Positions 46,414 through 54,035 of a stretch of DNA of 64,000 bases are shown here, piece after piece. Below the pieces are notes generated by a model. That model was given only the letters and a program-made list of their open reading frames with translations, was not told the origin of the DNA and did no database searches. Origin of the DNA: Patescibacteria group bacterium (GTDB lineage Bacteria; Patescibacteriota; Patescibacteriia; UBA10025; JAHIVO01); NCBI GenBank assembly GCA_041650915.1, contig JBAZKE010000002.1:144638-208637 (forward strand), given 5' to 3'. Made by a program: the position numbers and the translations under genes. Every line of letters begins with the position of its first letter. The first letter of the stretch is position 1.

Positions 46414-47478
46414 CTAAAAAGTAAAATTTATCATGCGTTCAATGATGTGTTGCCCGTCTTCAGGAGAGAGTACCTGCGGCTGGGCGTAATCGCGTATCCG
46501 TACGGGCGTGATTGAGTACTCAAGTACCCCGCCCTCTGAGAGGGTAACCGAGGCGACAGCGCCCTCGGTCGTCTCATCCGACCACATCTGGTCGAATACG
46601 AAGTTTCCGAGGCTGTACAGGATGAGGCCGTTTCCGTACTCTTCAATTGGCTGAACGACGTGCGGGTGGTGCCCGATGACGACACGCGCACCGCTGTCGA
46701 TCGCAGTCCGGGCAAGGTCCTGCTGGTACTCGCGTGGAGTGTCTTCGTATTCGACCCCGGCGTGCAGCGATACGACCACGATATCAACGGCTGCACTGAG
46801 CCCAGCAACATCTCGGGCGAGCGAGTCCTCATCGAAAAAAGCCACTCCGGCCCGCTCTTCCGATGCCCGGTCGCCTGCTGAAGTGAAGCTGCCATCAGTA
46901 TACGCGAGATAGCCGACGGTATAGCCGGATGCTTCCACTATTGCGGGCAGCGCCGCTTCGCCGGCATTCAAGCCTGCGCCAGCGTGGGCAATGCCGGCAG
47001 CATCAAGCACTTCAAGCGTGCGCGCTATTCCAGGCCTGCCCTGGTTGCCCACGTGGTTATTTGCGAGGGATACAACGTCAAAACCGCCGAGGGTGAGGCC
47101 TTCGACCGATTGCGGGTCTGCGCGGAAGGACATTTCGTACGGGTTAACGGGCGAGCCTTCGATAAGCGGGCATTCGAGGTTGCCGAACGTGATATCCCCG
47201 CTCTCGGTGAGGATGTGCGTTTCCCGAAACGGGTACGCCCAGTCGCCGTATTGGAGCATTTTTTTTTCGACTGTCCGCGATAGCATAATATCACCCACCG
47301 CGATGAGCGTAATTGGCTCTTTTTCGGATGCGTGCGCTCCCGGAGCCAGAGCGTAGGGCGCGGGACCCCGGTCAGGCTGCGCCAGGAAGCCGTACCACGT
47401 AAGCAAGCCCATTGCCGCCAGTGAAGCGCCCGCGAGCAGCACGCAGCTGAGTGCGTACCTTTGATTCTTTTTTTCCAT
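46414..47478 (-). CDS. CapA/PgsA-family metallophosphoesterase-fold protein
   Basis: VGDIM, GNLE, SLANNH, SLHAGVEY, IGHHPHVVQ, YSLGNFVFDQ. Confidence 0.9.
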   Translation of the reverse strand: MEKKNQRYALSCVLLAGASLAAMGLLTWYGFLAQPDRGPAPYALAPGAHASEKEPITLIAVGDIMLSRTVEKKMLQYGDWAYPFRETHILTESGDITFGNLECPLIEGSPVNPYEMSFRADPQSVEGLTLGGFDVVSLANNHVGNQGRPGIARTLEVLDAAGIAHAGAGLNAGEAALPAIVEASGYTVGYLAYTDGSFTSAGDRASEERAGVAFFDEDSLARDVAGLSAAVDIVVVSLHAGVEYEDTPREYQQDLARTAIDSGARVVIGHHPHVVQPIEEYGNGLILYSLGNFVFDQMWSDETTEGAVASVTLSEGGVLEYSITPVRIRDYAQPQVLSPEDGQHIIERMINFTF

Positions 47479-47487
47479 CGAAATTCG

Positions 47488-48414
47488 TTAAAAAGTTCCG
47501 ATAGTTTGAATTTCCATTTTAAGCGCAACGCCGAATTGTCCGACTACCTCCTTCTGGATGAGCTCGATGAGCGCAAAAACGTCTCTCGCCGTAGCGCCGC
47601 CGCGGTTGATAATGTAGTTGGGGTGCATCGGGCTCGCTTCCGCGCCGCCGATCACCGTTCCCCTGAGCCCCGCCTTATTGATAAGCCATCCCGCCGGCAC
47701 CCTGCCCCCGTGCGATGCGGCGTTTGTTTCTTGCTCGAAGAGCTTTCGGACATGCTCGCTGACTTCAGGATTGATAAAGCACGAGCCTGCGCTTTGGATG
47801 TTTTGGATATGTTTTTTTTCCCGCTGCTCTATCGTCTCGCGTCCCTGGCGTTCGATGATTTTCCGGTCGCCGGCACGGAGAGCCAGCTGCGCCCGTACGA
47901 TAATCCACTCAGGATTCTCTTTAAAAAAACTGTTCCGGTAACCGAATGAGCACGCAGCTGCTGAAAAGGTGTCAGTCGTAAGTTTGTGCGTATTGAGTGC
48001 CGTGATCGACTCGATCGCATCCCGCATCTCACTTCCGAACGCACCCGCATTGCCGCGGATGGCACCGCCGACGGTGCCGGGGATGCCGGCGAGGCGCTCG
48101 AGTCCCGTGAGGCCGTGGCGGGCGGCAGCTGCGACCAGGTCACATAACGCCGCACCTGCATCGGCCCTGACCGTCGTGCCGCGGACGTCGACGGCTGCCG
48201 CTCCGAGCTTGATGATTGCACCTTCGAACCCGGCGTCCGAAATGAGCACGTTGCTGCCACCCCCGAGCATACAGGCAGGGAGGTTGCGGGTTTGCGCCCA
48301 ACGAACCGCTTCGGCAAGCTCACTGGCGTTGTCCGCTTCAATAAAAAAGCGCGCACGCCCGCCGATATTGAATGTCGTGTATGGCTTGAGCAGAACGTTT
48401 TTTTTGGGCCTCAT
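47488..48414 (-). CDS. murB: UDP-N-acetylmuramate dehydrogenase
   Basis: YTTFNIGG, GGGSNVL, GIPGTVGGA..GNAGAFG, FGYRNS, SAGSCFINP. Confidence 0.95.
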   Translation of the reverse strand: MRPKKNVLLKPYTTFNIGGRARFFIEADNASELAEAVRWAQTRNLPACMLGGGSNVLISDAGFEGAIIKLGAAAVDVRGTTVRADAGAALCDLVAAAARHGLTGLERLAGIPGTVGGAIRGNAGAFGSEMRDAIESITALNTHKLTTDTFSAAACSFGYRNSFFKENPEWIIVRAQLALRAGDRKIIERQGRETIEQREKKHIQNIQSAGSCFINPEVSEHVRKLFEQETNAASHGGRVPAGWLINKAGLRGTVIGGAEASPMHPNYIINRGGATARDVFALIELIQKEVVGQFGVALKMEIQTIGTF

Positions 48415-48445
48415 CACGCTTGTGGCACTCAGTGGGCGGCGCCCG

Positions 48446-48886
48446 CTACTTTCGTATGCTCGCGACTGTCACGAAATTGCTCCCGGACTCACGAGTCCCC
48501 TCGACGGTTACGGTATCGCCATCGACGAAAATGCCGTTTGTGATTGCATCAGCGCACGGTTGCGTCCCGTCGGCCGTGGTGCACTGGGCACGGAAGTCAT
48601 CAATGAAGAGCGTGGCGCTCTCATCCGCACCTTCGGCCGTGGTGTACGTGAGGCTGAAACCGGATTCAATCGTTCCGGTCAGCGTTCCCTCCTGGGTAAA
48701 CTGGTCTGGGTTTTGTTCCCGTGCCGCTTCGCTGAGGCCGCCCGACTGGGTATTCGTAGCGTTGGATGGAGTCTCGTCACGTTCACTCTGGTACCACCAC
48801 GCCGCCCCGGCCATGAGGAGCGCGATTGCCACTATGGTAATGAGCACCGACGTGCTGATCATGTTTGCTGTATTGTTTTTTTGCAT
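48446..48886 (-). CDS. hypothetical membrane-anchored protein
   Basis: N-terminal TM plus OB-fold-like beta-rich C-terminus. Confidence 0.6.
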   Translation of the reverse strand: MQKNNTANMISTSVLITIVAIALLMAGAAWWYQSERDETPSNATNTQSGGLSEAAREQNPDQFTQEGTLTGTIESGFSLTYTTAEGADESATLFIDDFRAQCTTADGTQPCADAITNGIFVDGDTVTVEGTRESGSNFVTVASIRK

Positions 48887-48946
48887 AAAATTGTACGTTA
48901 CGTTTTTGTGAATAGAGTATACCACTGAATGGCCGAAGAGGGGAGA

Positions 48947-49537
48947 TCATCCGAGTACTCGAACACCGGCACGCTCAAGCATGGCGGCGAGCTTGTACAG
49001 CGGCAGTCCGACAACGTTATAGTAGCAACCGCTGATTTTTTTTACGAGCAGCGCACCGTGCCGCTCGACGGCGAAGCCGCCGGCGCGGTCGAGCGATTCG
49101 CCGAGCCGTACGTACTGTTCAGCCAGGTCGCTTGAAATCGCGGCCATCGAGAGCAGCGTTATCTCACGGTCGAGCAGCGTTACCCCCTCATGGCGGTTGA
49201 CGAGTGCAACGCCGGTCAGGCATTCGACCGTTGCCCCGCTGATACGCTTGAGCATGCCAATCGCATCCTGTTCGGTATGCGGTTTGCCGAGGATCATCCC
49301 CCTGTGCACGATGACCGTATCGGCGCCGATCACGTACGCGCGTGCGTCCTGTTCGGCCACCTGGAGGGCTTTACCGAGCGCGTGCCGGGTGACGAGCTCG
49401 GGCGGTTCGACATTTTGGCTGTTGTCTTCTTGATAGGAGCTCGGAATTACCGAAAAACGTTTTCCGATGAGCTGCTCAAGGAGTTTTCTCCTCCGCGCGG
49501 AGCCTGATGCCAGCACAATGGTAGGGTATGCGCCCAT
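48947..49537 (-). CDS. maf: Maf family nucleoside triphosphate pyrophosphatase
   Basis: VLASGSARRRKLL, IGADT, ILGKP, NVVGLP. Confidence 0.92.
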   Translation of the reverse strand: MGAYPTIVLASGSARRRKLLEQLIGKRFSVIPSSYQEDNSQNVEPPELVTRHALGKALQVAEQDARAYVIGADTVIVHRGMILGKPHTEQDAIGMLKRISGATVECLTGVALVNRHEGVTLLDREITLLSMAAISSDLAEQYVRLGESLDRAGGFAVERHGALLVKKISGCYYNVVGLPLYKLAAMLERAGVRVLG

Positions 49538-49548
49538 ATGCCTCGCGC

Positions 49549-50052
49549 TCAGAGTTCTCTAAATTTTATCACCCCGCATTTTTGGCCGGTGTTGAACAGC
49601 ACTTTTTTATTCCTACTCCGGTGGGCAGCCTCGACCCTCCCGATGAAGATGTAGTGGTCTCCCGCATCGACTTCCCTGGCAAGGCTGCACTCGAGGTTGA
49701 TCGTCGCGTCGGCGAGCAGCGGCGTTCGCGTGAACCGCGCTGGAATTGTTTTGAGCTTCGATTTCCTAAACTTATCTACTTCGTTTCCATGGATTGAGCC
49801 GAAGAGCCTCACCGCGCGCTCGAGCTTTTTATTGGCCACGGCGACCACGAATTCTTTCGATTGTTGGATGAGCTTGTGCGTGAAGCCCTCCTTAGACAGG
49901 GCAACTGCGTAGAGTGGCGGCTCAAACGAGCACTTCATGTGCCATCCGGCAATCATTCCGCTGGGGGCTCCCTTTCCGTCTACGGAGAGCACAAAAATGC
50001 AGCTTTCCGGCTTGAACGCGGCGAATCCGTCCTGTGGTGTAACTCGTTTCAT
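49549..50052 (-). CDS. flavin reductase-like protein
   Basis: CSFEPPLYAV, NLEC, AGDHYIFIGRV. Confidence 0.87.
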   Translation of the reverse strand: MKRVTPQDGFAAFKPESCIFVLSVDGKGAPSGMIAGWHMKCSFEPPLYAVALSKEGFTHKLIQQSKEFVVAVANKKLERAVRLFGSIHGNEVDKFRKSKLKTIPARFTRTPLLADATINLECSLAREVDAGDHYIFIGRVEAAHRSRNKKVLFNTGQKCGVIKFREL

Positions 50053-50062
50053 GGGTGTTGGG

Positions 50063-50857
50063 CTATAGTCCGTTCCACCAGTCACTGCCGCCGGTAACGC
50101 GGACGGTTTCCGGCACGGTACCCTCGAATACGTCGTACCCATCGTGGTATTCGAGCGTTTTGATGGAGAAGCCGGGATTCTGTGCCATGCGGCTGTTCAC
50201 GAGGTCTTCAAGGTAGTCTTCCGCCATCTGGAGGTACTTCTCAGAAACCGGCAACCGCCCGATTTCTGCTTTTTCAAGCGTTAAATCAATTGATTTTTCC
50301 GATACCTTTGTGATGCCAGCCCGTACGTACACCGGCGCGTTAACGTATTTTTTGACCATTCCGGAAGCTTCAATGCCCCCCTCAACCATTTTTACCTGGA
50401 CATTCGAAACGTACGGATCGTTCTGCAGGTACTCATTGAGGAATGAGGTAAGTTCCTCCGACGTGAGCTGGTGGTCGATATTCACGGAGCCGATAAACTC
50501 TTTACGGTTGAAGATCGTATAGTCGGCGGGATCGCCTTCGAGCGTCCACGGAGTTTTTTCAAGTGTGCTCGCCAGCCCTTCTGAGCTCGCCTGCACGCCG
50601 AGATCCCTCGGTGAATCAGTCCCGAGGAGCGCAGAGACGCCCGGGACGGCATAGACGCCCGTTGCAGCGGCAGCGATGGCCACGCCGGCAATGATGATCG
50701 CGAGCACGATGAGGGTCGTGCGCAGGCGGTGGCGCTGCTTCGGCTTTTCTATTGCGTGTTTTCCTTCTTCAGGCTTGAGGATGTCTTCAGGCAGTGCGCC
50801 TATTTTTTCCTCTTGGCCAGTGCGGTCCGTTCCTCCTCCTGTCGCTTCTTCACCCAT
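50063..50857 (-). CDS. hypothetical membrane-anchored protein
   Basis: single TM followed by a soluble domain, 264 aa. Confidence 0.68.
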   Translation of the reverse strand: MGEEATGGGTDRTGQEEKIGALPEDILKPEEGKHAIEKPKQRHRLRTTLIVLAIIIAGVAIAAAATGVYAVPGVSALLGTDSPRDLGVQASSEGLASTLEKTPWTLEGDPADYTIFNRKEFIGSVNIDHQLTSEELTSFLNEYLQNDPYVSNVQVKMVEGGIEASGMVKKYVNAPVYVRAGITKVSEKSIDLTLEKAEIGRLPVSEKYLQMAEDYLEDLVNSRMAQNPGFSIKTLEYHDGYDVFEGTVPETVRVTGGSDWWNGL

Positions 50858-51001
50858 ACTTTTTTAGACGTTAGCTGATCGTATGCCTCTATTGTATCGT
50901 CCAAAACGCAAAAAGACAAACAGCCCTTTGATCCGCTCACGCTCACTGCGGCCCGCAGTACAGTACCGCCCACCGCCTGCCCTGGCAGGCTTTTATCCGT
51001 T

Positions 51002-51466
51002 CTAGAAGTAAATATTTTTGCCGGTAACGAGCCGCGCCGTTCTGGTTATGATACTAACAATCACTCCGAAGATGCCGATGCCGAATCCGATCCGTGCAAC
51101 GGTGTTGAGCCAGCCAATACCGATTGTGGTGAAATCAAACGGGAAGACGGTGATGAGCCGGTACAGCACTATGATGCCGATCACATCGAGCGCCATGCGC
51201 GCTGCATAGTAAAATCGACGCTCATCGTAGAAGATACATACGGCGTAGCAGATGGCGCTGAGCGCGAGAGAGAGGTTGAGTATGCCGAGTACGTCCTCCC
51301 AGCGGCCGGTGAGTGCTTCGGAAACGTACGGGATATTCCATTCAATGGCATAGTTTGCGATCACGAGCGCGGCGATGTTTCCGATCATGGCACCGACGTA
51401 GCTGGGAATTCTGGAGCGTTCTATTTTTTCTTTTATTTGTTCTTGTTTTATCGATTGCTGAATCAT
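51002..51466 (-). CDS. hypothetical 4-TM membrane protein
   Basis: hydrophobic ORF with FPFDF motif, abuts the next gene. Confidence 0.68.
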   Translation of the reverse strand: MIQQSIKQEQIKEKIERSRIPSYVGAMIGNIAALVIANYAIEWNIPYVSEALTGRWEDVLGILNLSLALSAICYAVCIFYDERRFYYAARMALDVIGIIVLYRLITVFPFDFTTIGIGWLNTVARIGFGIGIFGVIVSIITRTARLVTGKNIYF

Positions 51467-51470
51467 AGGC

Positions 51471-52091
51471 TCATACGTGGCTGATGCGGGCCATCGGTTT
51501 GTTAATGGTAAAGAATGAAAATAAAACTGCCGTGAAGTTGAGCGCCATGTGCGCGAGCGAGCTCACGATGAGGTTGGGAAACGACAGGTACATGGTTGTT
51601 AGGGCGATGCCTCCGATGAATGCGAGCGGAAAATCGACACGGGCGTCTTTGTAGATGAAGTGCAGCGCGCTGAAGAGGAGTGCGCTGGCTACTACCGCGA
51701 GAACGGTGCCCGGCAGCGCTTCAGTGAGCCGGGGGAGCAGGAAGCCCATAAAAATAAATTGCTGTGCGGCGCTGATCGGCATGAACCAAAAGAGGAAGTG
51801 GTCGTCTCTCCACCACGTTGTGGCTGATTTTTTTCCGACTGCGTGGGCATATCCGGCGATCGCGGCGATTCCGGCGGCGGTGAACAGGAGGTACGGCATG
51901 AGCGAACTGCCAACCGTATCAGTGCGGATGCCCATTGCCACGAGCGGGGTCCCTTCACAGGCTGAGACGAGCACGCATCCGGCCAGAACGGCACCGAGGA
52001 CCCACAGGCGGAATCGTACCGGCACAACTCGGCAGTAGAGCAGCGTGAGCGGGAGAATGAAGAGCAAGATTATTTGTATGAGTAATGCCAT
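51471..52091 (-). CDS. CPBP (Abi/CAAX) intramembrane protease-like protein
   Basis: AAQQFIFMG, LFSALH, LAHMALN. Confidence 0.72.
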   Translation of the reverse strand: MALLIQIILLFILPLTLLYCRVVPVRFRLWVLGAVLAGCVLVSACEGTPLVAMGIRTDTVGSSLMPYLLFTAAGIAAIAGYAHAVGKKSATTWWRDDHFLFWFMPISAAQQFIFMGFLLPRLTEALPGTVLAVVASALLFSALHFIYKDARVDFPLAFIGGIALTTMYLSFPNLIVSSLAHMALNFTAVLFSFFTINKPMARISHV

Positions 52092-52413
52092 GCCACTGTT
52101 TTAATGTATTCTATGCCAAGGCTCGACACGCCGTTAGTATAGCAGAGCGCAGCGGGATTACGGAATGTCTCTATTTCTATTGCGTATTGCTGCCAATGGG
52201 CCAATCAGTGTCATTTGAGAATGGTTATTTTCATTGGCATTGGATTCAAGCAGCGGCAGGCGGGCAACGATCAAGCGAGGCGTCGGTTGCCCGTCTTTCA
52301 GATGATGGCTATGCTATTTGCGTTGAGGTAGTTGCATTGCATGGACGATCCATCCGGGTTGGCTTGTCTATCCGCTTTTAGTATACTGTAAGCATAACAA
52401 CCTAACGCATACG

Positions 52414-52629
52414 GTGATGAATGGCTACGACGACGAAAATCCCGAATCTATGTTTCAAAAGCTGTCCGAGCATGCCAGGGAGCTCAAGGACAAGTACCAC
52501 AAGATGGATTCGGATACGAAAAAGAAGATCCTAACCGGCGTGGGCGGCGCACTCGCGTTGCTCGCGAGCATCGGCATCATGCGCAAGCTCAAGCCGAAGG
52601 GCAAGAGCAAGGACGACGTTGAGGAGTAG
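52414..52629 (+). CDS. small membrane-anchored protein
   Basis: charged N-terminus, one TM, upstream TATACT box. Confidence 0.55.
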   Translation: MMNGYDDENPESMFQKLSEHARELKDKYHKMDSDTKKKILTGVGGALALLASIGIMRKLKPKGKSKDDVEE

Positions 52630-52647
52630 TGCGCTGCCGCTGGGCCG

Positions 52648-54024
52648 TTACGAAGGCAGGTTTTTGCGGAGTTGTTTAAGCACGCTGCTAAAGAGGCGCA
52701 GCAGGCGTTTTTCGTACGGCGGCGGCAGGTTGCGCGCCGGCTTGAGCGTCGTGTAAAAATTGCGGTAGTGCTGCCACGGCTTGAGGTGCGGCAGCTTTTT
52801 CATTTTGAAATCTCGGTCAAAGGGGGTCTGCACCTTCCGCCTCCACAGGCTGTAGAAGCCAAAGTCGAGCTCCTGGTTTGATCCCGTTTCCCGGTCCCGC
52901 CCGAAGTAGTGGCTGAAGATTCCCGGCTCCCTGAAGGGATCGCCGACAAATCCCACCGCGGCAGGGTCGATGCCGAACGCCCGTGCGAAGAGGTACATCC
53001 GCGCGCACTTGTAGCACCGGTGGCACCACGCGGACCCCCGGCGGAGCGGATGCTGTGCGCTGCATGAGAATTGGAATCTGCCGATTTCCGGGTAGCGCGT
53101 ATGGAGAAAGTAAAAGATGGCGCTCTCCTCGAGCGGCTCGAGCGAGCTGTGGACGCTGCACTGGCCGCGCGTCAGCAAACGGGCCATGTTGCTCTGTGCG
53201 CCAGTCCACCCGCTCGTCTGGTCAAAGCCCGACGGGTACAGCTTCCACCCGCGGTACTGTTCGGTATCGTTATTCGAGTGTTCGTTCCCGAACAGCATGT
53301 ACCGCGCGCCGTAGCGGTAGACGAATGGCATGAGCAGCAGCACGAGCAGCGTCGTCTGTGCGCCCCACCCAAGCTCGGTCTTGGGGATTCCCCTGAATGC
53401 AGCCCCGTACCGGAACAGGCCCGATTCGTGTGAAATGTAGTGGGTGCGCACCTTAAACTGCCGGCTGAACGTTTCCAGGGCCCGCAGCTTATAGTCGCGT
53501 TCGAACGGGTGCGCCGGCTCCTCGCAGTATATGAGCACCGGCTCGATCCCGAGCTCTCTGCAGAGTGCAACCGTCAGTAAGCTTTCCTTGCCAAACGTAA
53601 ACGGCACGATTGCCACATCGCGGCGCGACCTGAATTGTGGGACGTCCCCGCCTTCGAGCCATGTGCTGCCGCCCGTTTTAAACGTGCACTCGAGGTTGTA
53701 GAATGCCTGTATGAGCGAGAGGTGCTTGCGGCGGTCCGACCGTTCGACATCAATCATGTCGTACAGCTGGTTTTTGAAAAAAATCGGCTCAAATACCGGC
53801 GCAGGAAAATTGTACGTTACGGCGGATGTGTTGAGGATGAGCGGCACGAAATTGGTGCTCGCATACGCGATATTTTCCGACAGCACGCGCCGGAGGTTCG
53901 GTGACAGCTCACGCCATACGGTAGCGGGGTATGACGTGCTAAATGCGCGCCGGCCGATGCGGATGTCGAATCCGGAGCGGGTAACCTGTACGCTAATGGG
54001 GGGCAGCTTCTCGCGACGTCGCAT
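52648..54024 (-). CDS. MurL-like ATP-dependent epimerase (PP-loop/adenine nucleotide alpha-hydrolase fold)
   Basis: VPFTFGKESLL, FGNEHSNN, SSLEPLEE, FSC...WCHRCYKC; start at ATG 54024, 11 bp after the ATP-grasp stop. Confidence 0.62.
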   Translation of the reverse strand: MRRREKLPPISVQVTRSGFDIRIGRRAFSTSYPATVWRELSPNLRRVLSENIAYASTNFVPLILNTSAVTYNFPAPVFEPIFFKNQLYDMIDVERSDRRKHLSLIQAFYNLECTFKTGGSTWLEGGDVPQFRSRRDVAIVPFTFGKESLLTVALCRELGIEPVLIYCEEPAHPFERDYKLRALETFSRQFKVRTHYISHESGLFRYGAAFRGIPKTELGWGAQTTLLVLLLMPFVYRYGARYMLFGNEHSNNDTEQYRGWKLYPSGFDQTSGWTGAQSNMARLLTRGQCSVHSSLEPLEESAIFYFLHTRYPEIGRFQFSCSAQHPLRRGSAWCHRCYKCARMYLFARAFGIDPAAVGFVGDPFREPGIFSHYFGRDRETGSNQELDFGFYSLWRRKVQTPFDRDFKMKKLPHLKPWQHYRNFYTTLKPARNLPPPYEKRLLRLFSSVLKQLRKNLPS

Positions 54025-54035
54025 GGGTTTGTGAA

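Noticed and set aside
47969-48928. 319-aa + strand ORF
   Set aside because: Antisense to murB and its neighbour; Ala/Arg/Ser-rich shadow.
52414-52629. Small ORF as RiPP precursor for the ATP-grasp enzyme
   Set aside because: Opposite strand, has a TM helix, no graspetide core motif; the ligase lacks RimK/MvdD-type features.
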